Shown piece by piece: positions 39,901 through 48,422 of a stretch of DNA of 64,000 bases. The stretch is from IMG/VR virus record IMGVR_UViG_3300037400_003286; one strand, written 5' to 3'. Within the stretch, counting starts at the first letter, position 1, and each line of letters begins with the position of its first letter. Made by a program: the position numbers and the translations under genes. Origin of the DNA: a virus. Taxonomy: Duplodnaviria; Caudoviricetes. Below the pieces are notes generated by a model. It saw only the letters and a list, made by a program, of their open reading frames with translations, was not told the DNA's origin and made no database searches.

Positions 39901-42036
39901 ATTGGTTGGGGTGATATTAGTGATGATGATGTTACCGTAATCAATGATGTTAGCCAGATTAGAATTGCAGCTAAGGATTCTAAGTATTTTGAGAAGAATA
40001 AGGACAACGCAAATCAGCTTGGATATGCTGGTGTAAGAATTTTCACCACATCAGATAATATTATTAGTGCAGTTTATGCACAATCTAAGAAGGGTGCTAA
40101 ACCAACTATGGTTTATCTAAATGATGATAACGGTGATGCTATCACAGATCCTGAAAAGATTAAGGGCGAAGTTGATAAGCGTTACGATATTTTCAAGCAG
40201 ACATATGATTATCTGAAGAATGTCGGCGTTGAGCCAGGAAACCTTCCAGAGAAATTCTCAGTAATGCCAGGAAAGGGACAAAATGCTACAGTTGAAGCTG
40301 CTGCTCTTCACGTTCTTTATTACCTGATGGCTATGCTTAATGGTACGTCTGGTGCTATTGACTATAAGTTCAAGGTTGATTCTATTGTTGCGGATCAATT
40401 TAAGGATGGTGCTTCTGACAATCAAGAAATATTCGACAGAATTCTCAATTACATTTATCCTAATGCACAGATGGGTAATGACGGAGTTTCTGCAAGAGTT
40501 TATACATCAAGAGGACGTTTGACCGTGAACTTCAACCAGAAGGAAAAGAACCAACCAAACAGCAAGGTTAATTTCAACATGGCATATTTCAATTCTGATA
40601 TCGGTCATAATGTATTTGAATGCTTCTCTGATAATTTCTTGAAAGCTCTTCTTATCGGATCTTCATTAAGAGGTGTTGATAATGAGCCAAGATATAGTGT
40701 AGATGAGATTATTGATGCTGATAGAGATACACTTCTTGAAATGGTAAATCAGGTTAAGAATGTTGAACTTATCAAGACATCTTTGAAGTCACTTTCATTC
40801 AAGGGTAAGAACATGGATGATAAGTACGATCACTCTAATCCATTCGATGTTCTTATGATGTTCCCTGACAAGTGTGAGAAGGAATATGATATCCGTGTTG
40901 ATGTTAATGATGAGGCTCTTAAACTTGTTGGTAAGAAGGTAACTCGTGATATATACAAGTCTGGTATGTATAACGACATCAAGAACTACAAGTACAATCG
41001 TGAGACTGGAGAAAGAGAGCGTGCTGACATTGAAGGCACAGCATCATTAAAGAAGAAAAAGGAAAATCAGCAATTATCTGATGAGTTTACTTCTTTCGAC
41101 TCTGTTGTTAATTATATTGTTGATAACAAAGATATATTTACAGACGCAAAACAGGCTATAGAAAATGCTATTGCAGAATATACTGCAAACCATAGCTGGT
41201 ATTCTAACAAGGAGCTTCCTGTTAAATTTAGTCAAAGTGTTGACAAAATTGTTGATTTCTCTAATCTTATTAAATCTAAGATTATCAACGATCCAGAAAT
41301 TTCTAAGAATAAGGCATCAGTTATTGATCTTATGGTTGAATCAATGGGTGAAGTAATAGGACTTATAGAGAAAATTATGATGCCAGAAGAGGGTGAGGAT
41401 TATAAGACTATTATTGATAACGGTGAAAAGCTTGTTAAAGAAACAATGAGACTTTCTGAGCTTTATGCTAACCTTACTGGAGAATCTGGTGATTGGGTTA
41501 ATGCACAAGGTAAGAAGGTAAGCTACCAGGATGTTGTATCAAAGAAGGTTAATAAGCTTGGTGAGAGAAACCGCAGCAAGAAAGCAGCTACATCAACTAC
41601 TCAGGATACTGGTGATTCAGCTAAGGAAGAGCAGATTAAGGCTAAATATGCACAGGTTATCAACGATTTGTCTGGCGACATCGTTAAGGTAAACGATGCG
41701 GTTAAGAATATTGACTTTGCTGGTGCTTCTGAGGATGCAGTGGATCATTTCTCAACTAAGGAAGACATGATGAGACGTATTGCTAATCAGCTTAACAAAG
41801 TTATTGAGATTGCTAACACAATCAATACAAACGGTTCTGTTGACTGGATGAATACAACACTTCCTCTGTTGAACGATGTATTCTATACTTGCAGTTCTGT
41901 AATCAATGCAAACAATGAGGAGAATATGACAGACTTCCTTGTTGACCTGGATGGTGCTTGCCGTGCTGTTACAAAGGCTGTTAGAGGTTTCGCTACGCAA
42001 CAGACTTACAAACAGGCTGGTGCAGTTACAGCATAA
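36889..42036 (+). CDS. Large vWA-domain protein with a Q/G/N-rich linker and long C-terminal extension
   Basis: IDWKKAL, VYIDTSGSV (MIDAS DxSxS), GGGTN, IIITD. Confidence 0.8.
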   Translation: MRYDVKKEINQVIQDKTLSKQEKIQKIKDIYNSANSGGVTGADTKDAGGAGNSASGGNSGNGQNDDQNQNGQGQGQGQNQGNGNGQQGQNGQGQNGQGQGQNNNGQQQGQNGQGQGQNGQNNNNGVHNVSHNQLKNQGVGQNGQQNGNQQNGNGSQGNHGNQSGQQGQNGSNGGQNGQQGNQSGNQGSNGGSQSGQQGNQSGNQQNGGGSQGSQGNQQNGQGGSQSQGQQGGQQGQSGNQNGQGGGSQGQQGQGSQQQGQGQGNSQNQNQNGQQGQQNQQQQGSQGNASQLDEYSIGYILGKKYAEEMYKHRGLAPVMRDQVELPDNLDPMKILESLNESIDDDIAALLDDTSIDDDERTSKIHDLFRDTIKGGGSKQQEPEEKEIYVPDDVIVMRNGTVDPDNLLSGAHVIDEKIGDEIRKEMGVTPKDPDWGMSDDEDAMIKEAFPIIGDIFKHAPQDDKELVSAAETMKNKIEGRIRKSREGIIDWKKALQDFISERSHTYEKGPLRKNVYQRTGIGLRHRVKAFNDFNKCVVYIDTSGSVNNDMTQLIPIMTGEVGKIMQDCHFNTVDIHLFDDVVYNEHFDVDSYTVQDENWGIEGADDGGGTNIHEVYKHIIKNYMNDGELNYDINAIIIITDVSGMQYSGNVKPFAAKLGQHTLERMLYVIYNDYANMYLKEVTAEMDQLVSKYSQHYEISVEAFRKQILSESMNINQKRMNMNEALGGLKKIQQKQQQAQIDPSERTEDEKNERLRKAEIQGARAVGQLEKVLPELVANLEKFFPNCRMVKEYTAVMATPNTYYVTEEAHVILHMDVDGSNINNLCEACSVMTIDQLIGNVTLKNARTFRGFPVGFPKEISGDLVMFNLVNLGGFDNAPQAVTGRVSINVCYPMNKRISKDAQNKYVTSLMKTLTPIGELENKPKHVFTMTKRNNESVANIIKNRIALSESFINEMAMPKKLSPVFPRRSKPQAGSKVSEDDYIASTELYKKNRNVFFDVIDPLLNIGWGDISDDDVTVINDVSQIRIAAKDSKYFEKNKDNANQLGYAGVRIFTTSDNIISAVYAQSKKGAKPTMVYLNDDNGDAITDPEKIKGEVDKRYDIFKQTYDYLKNVGVEPGNLPEKFSVMPGKGQNATVEAAALHVLYYLMAMLNGTSGAIDYKFKVDSIVADQFKDGASDNQEIFDRILNYIYPNAQMGNDGVSARVYTSRGRLTVNFNQKEKNQPNSKVNFNMAYFNSDIGHNVFECFSDNFLKALLIGSSLRGVDNEPRYSVDEIIDADRDTLLEMVNQVKNVELIKTSLKSLSFKGKNMDDKYDHSNPFDVLMMFPDKCEKEYDIRVDVNDEALKLVGKKVTRDIYKSGMYNDIKNYKYNRETGERERADIEGTASLKKKKENQQLSDEFTSFDSVVNYIVDNKDIFTDAKQAIENAIAEYTANHSWYSNKELPVKFSQSVDKIVDFSNLIKSKIINDPEISKNKASVIDLMVESMGEVIGLIEKIMMPEEGEDYKTIIDNGEKLVKETMRLSELYANLTGESGDWVNAQGKKVSYQDVVSKKVNKLGERNRSKKAATSTTQDTGDSAKEEQIKAKYAQVINDLSGDIVKVNDAVKNIDFAGASEDAVDHFSTKEDMMRRIANQLNKVIEIANTINTNGSVDWMNTTLPLLNDVFYTCSSVINANNEENMTDFLVDLDGACRAVTKAVRGFATQQTYKQAGAVTA
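36991..37758 (+). repeat. Low-complexity coding repeat (GQN/GQQ/GNQ units, ~255 aa)
   Basis: Almost exclusively Q, G, N and S codons; degenerate ggtcag/caagg/aatgg repeats. Confidence 0.9.
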
Positions 42037-42056
42037 TATTACAAACAATATATCAG

Positions 42057-42088
42057 AAGAGAGAATCGAATGGTTCTCTCTTTTTTAT
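42057..42088 (+). terminator. Terminator of the MoxR operon
   Basis: agagagaatc-gaat-ggttctctct followed by a T run. Confidence 0.7.
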
Positions 42089-42137
42089 TTGTCTCGTTAA
42101 ATTCAGATAAATAGTTAAATGAGTTATCAAAAATAGA

Positions 42138-43640
42138 ATGATTATAAAACCTACATATACAACAGAATCAATAGAAGAACAGCATATTGAGGATTTCGAT
42201 CAGATTATACTTGAAAGTCTTGTATCAAGATATGGTTCCGATATTGTATTCCAGTCTATAAACGAATCTCATTCCTATTATGGATCTGGCGGAAGGTTTG
42301 ACCGTACAGGAGGATCCAGGGTAAGCGGTGTAAGTGGATTGCTTCAGTCTTTACCAAGTCTAGCTATAACGACACTTATATGTTGGCCAGCAGTTCTTCT
42401 TGCTGGTCTTGGTGCAATATCACACAGAATGAGAGAAAAATATGAAGACAAGAATTCATGGCTTAACAGATTGAACCCAAGATTCTGGGTTGATTATCTT
42501 GCTACTCCACATAAGAGTAAGTCATCATCTTCATCATCTGGTAAGGAAAAAGAAGGATGGTTCAAGAGATTATCCAAAACCGTTCTTGGTGGTGCTGCTG
42601 GAGCAGGAGCTGTTGCTGGAGCAGCAGCGTTAGCAAAGAATTCAAGTACAGCAGATTCAAGCATAGATCCAGAAGAAGCAAAGAATATAGCAATGAATGC
42701 TATCTTTGTACCATACTGGGTTACTCTTTCAAATGGTGAGATATTGAGGGTAAGAGCAGATTCTGAGGAAAATGCAAAAACTATGGCTAATATGATTATA
42801 GCATATACAACAAAACCATGCTATAATAAATTGAATGAAAAGATCGCACAAGGTTGTCCTAAATACAAGTTCTATTTTGATGACGGTGAAATGTGCTATT
42901 GGTCAGCACCTACACAAAAGCAGGCTTATAATGAGGCTCTTGATACAAGAAAGGAACTTTGTAAGACAATGAATGAAGTAATGTCTTCATCTGTTGCACT
43001 TGATAATCTTGATGAGCCGAAAGTTGATGGAAAGGTTGAAGTAATCAGAGGAGAAAAGATAGAAGTTCCACAACAGAACAGATTCCTTAATGTTACTACA
43101 GTACAGCCTCAACGTCCAGAGGAACAGACTTTGAAACCTCTCCCGAAACCAATGTATAAGTATGGAAGTTTTTCACCATATAAGGTGACATATGCAAATT
43201 TCATGCTGAATATCCCAGGGTATCAGGAAGGTGAAGCAATGGAAATAGCTAAGGATTTCAATTCAAGGACAGCAAGAGATACAATCAGGGATATATATTA
43301 CAAGATGGATAAGCATTACGATCTTTATAAGGTTGCAATGAAAGATGGTGACATCTATGTAATACCAGGAAAAGGAATCAATGAAGTGAGTAAGGTTGCT
43401 GTTGATTTGTATAATGCAAAGGTTGAATCGATAAAATCAGTATTACAGGATTCAGCACTTGAGGAATATGAAGACTTTCTTACAGATTTCGGAGAAAGAA
43501 TAAATTCCGTAAGAGATGTCAAGTTGATCGATCCAGCAGAAGGAAAAGATTATACAATAAAGAAAGGTGATGAAGCGTCTCTTGTAAAGATAACAGATAA
43601 GGAAGAAAAGAATAAGAGATATCCTAATTTCAAACTATAA
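42138..43640 (+). CDS. Late protein with ILES/INES leader and hydrophobic segments (candidate ejected membrane-active protein)
   Basis: GATAAATA at 42106; DQIILESLVSRYGSD leader; hydrophobic AITTLICWPAVLLAGLGA; Gly/Ala stretch. Confidence 0.55.
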   Translation: MIIKPTYTTESIEEQHIEDFDQIILESLVSRYGSDIVFQSINESHSYYGSGGRFDRTGGSRVSGVSGLLQSLPSLAITTLICWPAVLLAGLGAISHRMREKYEDKNSWLNRLNPRFWVDYLATPHKSKSSSSSSGKEKEGWFKRLSKTVLGGAAGAGAVAGAAALAKNSSTADSSIDPEEAKNIAMNAIFVPYWVTLSNGEILRVRADSEENAKTMANMIIAYTTKPCYNKLNEKIAQGCPKYKFYFDDGEMCYWSAPTQKQAYNEALDTRKELCKTMNEVMSSSVALDNLDEPKVDGKVEVIRGEKIEVPQQNRFLNVTTVQPQRPEEQTLKPLPKPMYKYGSFSPYKVTYANFMLNIPGYQEGEAMEIAKDFNSRTARDTIRDIYYKMDKHYDLYKVAMKDGDIYVIPGKGINEVSKVAVDLYNAKVESIKSVLQDSALEEYEDFLTDFGERINSVRDVKLIDPAEGKDYTIKKGDEASLVKITDKEEKNKRYPNFKL

Positions 43641-43643
43641 AAT

Positions 43644-43674
43644 AAAAGAGGAACTTGATTGTTCCTCTTTTTTT
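43644..43674. terminator. Bidirectional terminator
   Basis: aaaagaggaac-ttgatt-gttcctctttt. Confidence 0.75.
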
Positions 43675-44203
43675 ATTCTTCTACGTTTTTGTCGTATTCG
43701 TAATTTCGATCAAAATTGACATATAATTTACCTGTAGCATCACCTATTATGTCTGAGTTTCCACCTATATCTCCAACATGATCATCAATAAATCCATCAA
43801 TCATCAGTGAAAAATCTCTATTTACGACAACCTGAAGCATACCATTGTATTCCTGTATACATCCGCAACTTCCGTCTTGATCGAAGTAGAATGTTGAACT
43901 GTCTTCATTAAGCGTAATATACACTTCACCCGTACTGGCATCGTATGTTATATACCAGTTCTCATCATCAATCCTGCCTTTTATAGAAGCTGTGCTTTCA
44001 TATATGGCTGGTTTTAACTTTGTATACCACAAATACTGTAGGCCAGGCCAGTTCAAATATTCTGTATTTTCCTCCCATTTATTTAATGGAATTATTGATT
44101 TATTATCTATAACATTTGTTGAATATTTCAGACCAGGCCAGTTCAAATATTCTTGATTTTCACCAAATTCTTCTTCGATAATTGTTGTTCTATCATCTGC
44201 CAT
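43673..44203 (-). CDS. Acidic late protein with a duplicated EYLNWPGL motif
   Basis: GATAAATA at 44229 (minus strand); 21 bp direct repeat at 44043 and 44133. Confidence 0.6.
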   Translation of the reverse strand: MADDRTTIIEEEFGENQEYLNWPGLKYSTNVIDNKSIIPLNKWEENTEYLNWPGLQYLWYTKLKPAIYESTASIKGRIDDENWYITYDASTGEVYITLNEDSSTFYFDQDGSCGCIQEYNGMLQVVVNRDFSLMIDGFIDDHVGDIGGNSDIIGDATGKLYVNFDRNYEYDKNVEE

Positions 44204-44282
44204 CAGACAAGAGTATTCTTCTTTTTACTATTTATCTTAAAACCTATTTATTTGTGATTTGATTTTCAGTATTCGCTAAAAA

Positions 44283-44296
44283 GTTGTATATTTGCA
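44283..44296 (+). promoter_or_regulatory. Class I (host sigmaA-type) promoter element upstream of nrdD
   Basis: GTTGTATATTTGCA; an additional AATAAATA at 44344. Confidence 0.75.
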
Positions 44297-44422
44297 TCGA
44301 AATATACGGAAGTCCCTATGGTGGTTGAAGTTATGAAAACCTGAATAAATATCTCACAGCCAACTGAAAATAGTGAGGTATAAATTCACTATTAAGTCTT
44401 TAAAAACAATTAGTAAAATATA

Positions 44423-47400
44423 ATGCGAGTAATCAAACGAAACGAATCGGAACAGGATTTTTGCCTCGATAAAATCGAGAAAGCCATAAGAAAGGCGAAT
44501 GATACGGTTAGTAAAGAGGACCAGATGAATGATGAAGCTGTACAGAAGGTCATCGCAACCGTTCAGAAGAAGCTAACGGGATTTAATTCCGTAAAGGTTG
44601 AAGATATTCAGGATTTCGTTGAACAGGCTCTTGTAAGGCATAACAAATATGCTGTAGCCAAATCCTATATCTTATACAGAGACAGTAAAAAGAAGAATAA
44701 GAAGTTTACAGAAAACGAAGAAAAGATTATTGCATTAATTGACGGAACGTCTTCTTTAAGAGGAGATAATGCAAACAAACATATTGACGACAACGCTTCA
44801 ATTAGAGATTATATTGCTGGAATCATGTGTAAGTCTCTTGCAAACAAGATTCTTCCTAAAGAAATTATAAAAGCACACAACGATGGTGTAATTCATTGGC
44901 ATGATGCGGATTACAGTCCAACCCAACCACTTCACAACTGTGACATCTATGATCTGGAGAACATGTTCAAATATGGATTCGTAATGGGTGATACACTTAT
45001 TGAACCAAACGATGAAACTCCATTTAGAACAATGGTTAATCTGGCTGCACAAATTGCATTATTGATTTCAGGGCGACAATATGGCGGACAGACTATGAGC
45101 TGGATTCATCTTGTACCTTATATTGATCAATCAAGAAAGATTATTCGCAAAAAAGTTATAGAAGATTTCAAAGAAGCTGGAATCGAATTGAACGATGATA
45201 AGATCGATCAAATTACAGAAAGAAAAGTTCGTGAAGAGATAGCAGAAGGAGTTAAGATCTATCAGTATCAGATTTTATGTCACTCTTCAGCTAACGGACA
45301 AACACCTTTTGTATCGAACAATCTCTGTCTTAGAGAAGCACAGACACAGCGTGAACTTGATGATTTTGCAATCCTTATTGAAGAAATCCTAAAACGCCGT
45401 ACAAAGGGAGTTAAGGATCCGTCTGGACACTATATCAGCCCATTATTTCCTAAGCTATTGTACTGGACTTGTGATGGCTTAAATGTGAAGAAAGGTGATC
45501 CATACTATTACCTTACTGAACTTGCAGCTAAATGTATTTCAAAACGTATGCAGCCAGATATTGTATCTGAACCTCAGACACGTAAACATAAACAAGGTCA
45601 GATTATTCCATGTATGGGATGTGTAGACAAAGATGATATTGTCACATACAAATATAAAGATTCTATTTATACTGAGTCTATAAAGAGAATGTGGGATCGT
45701 TTCTCATCTGAATTTGAAATTAAATTACAAGAAGCAACAGACTGTTACTATATTGATCTTGTAGGAGTTTGTATATATGATAGCAAATCTAATGGTTTTG
45801 TTGACTGTTTAAGAATAAACAAAAATGCAGATCAAGGAGATTGGAAACTTGTAAAATTATCAAATGGACGTTCATTAACATGTACATCAGATCATCCGCT
45901 TGCTGTAATAGGTAAAGGAAGAACAGAAGTAAAGGATCTGTGTATAGATGATGAAATAGAAGCAACAGATTTTGCTTATTCTGCTGAAACCGAAAACATT
46001 GATCCAGAATATGCATGGATGCTTGCAACTATTATGTGTGATGGTTGTTACGAAAGACAATTGTCATCCACATTTGCTATGAATGGAGAGGATGATATTA
46101 TTGACAGATATTCTAAAGCTGTTGAGAAATATTTAGGTCTTGGTACATTCGTAAAAGAATGGCATCGTGGTATTAAGGGTGATTATAAAGAAGTCAGAGC
46201 AACAAGCGGAAAATGTACAATAAAAGAAACGCAAGCGAAACTTTATGAAATATTTGGAGGAATGAGAAAGAAAGACAGATCTATACCTTCATTTATAATT
46301 CATGCTAATAGAGACGCTCGTGTTGCATTTATGGCTGGTATCATCGATGCTGATGGTTATATTCATAAGTCAGAGAAACATTTCAATAATATTGAGGTTG
46401 GTTCTACAAATAAAGAACTTGCTATCCAAACAATGTATCTTGCTAATACTTTAGGTTATGATGCTAAGATGTTATTAAATCATTATACATCATCAGATTC
46501 AAGTAAAATAAGATATAGAATCTATTTTAATACAAATGATGAGATCGTTAATTCTATAACATGCCAGAAGAAAAAGGACAATTACGAGACATTAAATAGA
46601 ATTAATCCACGAGATAAACATTATATTGTTACCGATATTATCGATCTTGGATATAGAGATGAGTATTCTTATGATGTGACAACAGGAAGCGACAGATTTG
46701 ATGTTAGCGGAATTCAATCGCATAATTGTAGATCTCTTCTTGGTCCTATCTGGGAGGAAAGAACATATCCAATCGATACTAAATTCTTCTGGACGGAAGG
46801 TGGTACATATCCTTATGAAAAGTTCATGGATGAAAGAACATTCGAATCTCTTCCAAACGGTGAATACAAGACAGGATATGATGAAGGTCAATACTGTATT
46901 AATTTCAGAGGAAACACTGGATGGCTTATCAAGAAGACCGATACTGAAGTTGTTGTTAAACAGCCTATGGTTTATGGTAGATGGAATAATGGTGTAATCA
47001 CTATCAATCTTCCGTATGTTGCCCTTGAGTCAAGAGAGAAGGGTGTTGACTTCTATGAGAATCTGGATCAATGGCTTGAACTTTGCAGAAAGGCAATGCA
47101 GGAGCGTGTTAAGTCTTGCAGAAAAATCAAGGCAAAGAATTCTCCAATCCTTTGGATGTACGGTGCATTGGCAAGACTTGAACCAGAACAGACTGTTGGT
47201 GATTTGATGGATGCTCATCCTACACGTCCTACTGTAAGTCTCGGTTACGTTGGCTTGTATGAAACGGTGATGGCTCTGATTGGTGAGTCTAATACAACCG
47301 ATAACGGGCGTAAGTTGTCAAAGGAGATCATGAAGTATCTTAATGACAAGCTAGCTCAATGGAAGAAGGAGGATAATATTATGTATGCTATCTATGGTAC

Positions 47401-47935
47401 ACCTGAGGAAAGTCTTACATATAAATTTGCCCTTGCTCTTCGTAAGAATTTCGGATTCATTCCTCATATTACAGACAAGGATTATGTAGTAAACAGCTAT
47501 CATGTTGATCCTCGTGAGGAAATCGATGCATTCAAAAAGCTTGAGATAGAAGGTGAATATCTCGCATTGTCTGCTGGTGGTGCTGTAAGTTATGTTGAGA
47601 CTGCTGATTTGGATCATAATCCAGAGGCTATCATAAAAATTATACAGTGGATGCATGAGCACATCATCTATGCTGAGGTTAACAGAAAAATAGGTATTTG
47701 TAAAAAATGTGGATATGAAGGTGACATCGAACTTGTTAAGACAGAGGATGGTAACTTTAAGTTCATCTGCCCTAACTGTGGAAACGATGACGATGAAACG
47801 CTTGATGTAACTGCTCGTATTTGTGGTTATCTCGGTAAGGTAAACGCTGGTAATACAAATAAAGGAAGACTTGATGATATTTACAATCGTGTGATTCACA
47901 CCGATATTGATGAAAACAAGGACGCGCAAGAATAA
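44423..47935 (+). CDS. nrdD: Anaerobic (class III) ribonucleoside-triphosphate reductase with ATP cone, intein-containing
   Basis: VIKRN ATP cone, QYGGQT, GQTPF, FPKL, MG/CRS, YGTPEESL, NSYHV, CxxC..CxxC, RICGYLG glycyl-radical loop. Confidence 0.95.
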   Translation: MRVIKRNESEQDFCLDKIEKAIRKANDTVSKEDQMNDEAVQKVIATVQKKLTGFNSVKVEDIQDFVEQALVRHNKYAVAKSYILYRDSKKKNKKFTENEEKIIALIDGTSSLRGDNANKHIDDNASIRDYIAGIMCKSLANKILPKEIIKAHNDGVIHWHDADYSPTQPLHNCDIYDLENMFKYGFVMGDTLIEPNDETPFRTMVNLAAQIALLISGRQYGGQTMSWIHLVPYIDQSRKIIRKKVIEDFKEAGIELNDDKIDQITERKVREEIAEGVKIYQYQILCHSSANGQTPFVSNNLCLREAQTQRELDDFAILIEEILKRRTKGVKDPSGHYISPLFPKLLYWTCDGLNVKKGDPYYYLTELAAKCISKRMQPDIVSEPQTRKHKQGQIIPCMGCVDKDDIVTYKYKDSIYTESIKRMWDRFSSEFEIKLQEATDCYYIDLVGVCIYDSKSNGFVDCLRINKNADQGDWKLVKLSNGRSLTCTSDHPLAVIGKGRTEVKDLCIDDEIEATDFAYSAETENIDPEYAWMLATIMCDGCYERQLSSTFAMNGEDDIIDRYSKAVEKYLGLGTFVKEWHRGIKGDYKEVRATSGKCTIKETQAKLYEIFGGMRKKDRSIPSFIIHANRDARVAFMAGIIDADGYIHKSEKHFNNIEVGSTNKELAIQTMYLANTLGYDAKMLLNHYTSSDSSKIRYRIYFNTNDEIVNSITCQKKKDNYETLNRINPRDKHYIVTDIIDLGYRDEYSYDVTTGSDRFDVSGIQSHNCRSLLGPIWEERTYPIDTKFFWTEGGTYPYEKFMDERTFESLPNGEYKTGYDEGQYCINFRGNTGWLIKKTDTEVVVKQPMVYGRWNNGVITINLPYVALESREKGVDFYENLDQWLELCRKAMQERVKSCRKIKAKNSPILWMYGALARLEPEQTVGDLMDAHPTRPTVSLGYVGLYETVMALIGESNTTDNGRKLSKEIMKYLNDKLAQWKKEDNIMYAIYGTPEESLTYKFALALRKNFGFIPHITDKDYVVNSYHVDPREEIDAFKKLEIEGEYLALSAGGAVSYVETADLDHNPEAIIKIIQWMHEHIIYAEVNRKIGICKKCGYEGDIELVKTEDGNFKFICPNCGNDDDETLDVTARICGYLGKVNAGNTNKGRLDDIYNRVIHTDIDENKDAQE
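45620..46726 (+). mobile_element. Intein (369 aa) with a LAGLIDADG homing endonuclease
   Basis: Starts CVDKDD, block B LTCTSDHP, motifs MLATIMCDG and FMAGIIDADG, YSYDVTT, ends SHN/C; removing it restores MGCRS. Confidence 0.93.
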
Positions 47936-47951
47936 AAATCCACATTTGATT

Positions 47952-48422
47952 ATGAATTACGCTAATATTAAATATTGTTCTACAACTAACGGCACAGGTG
48001 TCCGTACATCTGTGTTCGTTAGCGGTTGCAGGATTCACTGCAAAGGTTGCTTCAATCAACAGGCATGGGATTTCAAGTATGGTAAGGAATTCACAGATGA
48101 GGTGATTGAACGTGTGTTGGACTCCATTGAACCAGTTTATTGCTCTGGACTTACTATTTTAGGTGGAGAGCCTCTTGATCCAAATAATCTCGAAGGTGTT
48201 AATCATCTGATCGATCGATTCAGGGAAAGATTCGGAAAATCAGAAGAGAAGACAATTTGGTTATATACTGGATATAAATTTGATTCACTTACACAGGAGC
48301 AACATAATGTTGCCAGTAAGTGTGACACTGTTGTTGATGGTCCGTTTGAGCTTGAGAAAGCTGATGTAAATCTGGCTTTCAGAGGTTCATCGAACCAAAA
48401 AATAATAAATGTTAATGAGTAA
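47952..48422 (+). CDS. nrdG: Anaerobic RNR activating radical-SAM protein
   Basis: NGTGVRTSVFVSGCRIHCKGCFN, LGGEP, VDGPF, FRGSSNQ; likely start at 47952. Confidence 0.93.
   Translation: MNYANIKYCSTTNGTGVRTSVFVSGCRIHCKGCFNQQAWDFKYGKEFTDEVIERVLDSIEPVYCSGLTILGGEPLDPNNLEGVNHLIDRFRERFGKSEEKTIWLYTGYKFDSLTQEQHNVASKCDTVVDGPFELEKADVNLAFRGSSNQKIINVNE

Noticed and set aside
44300-44420. NrdR box or riboswitch upstream of nrdD
   Set aside because: Only a short hairpin (aatagtga/tcactatt) is visible, with no match that I can support to NrdR or cobalamin riboswitch consensus.
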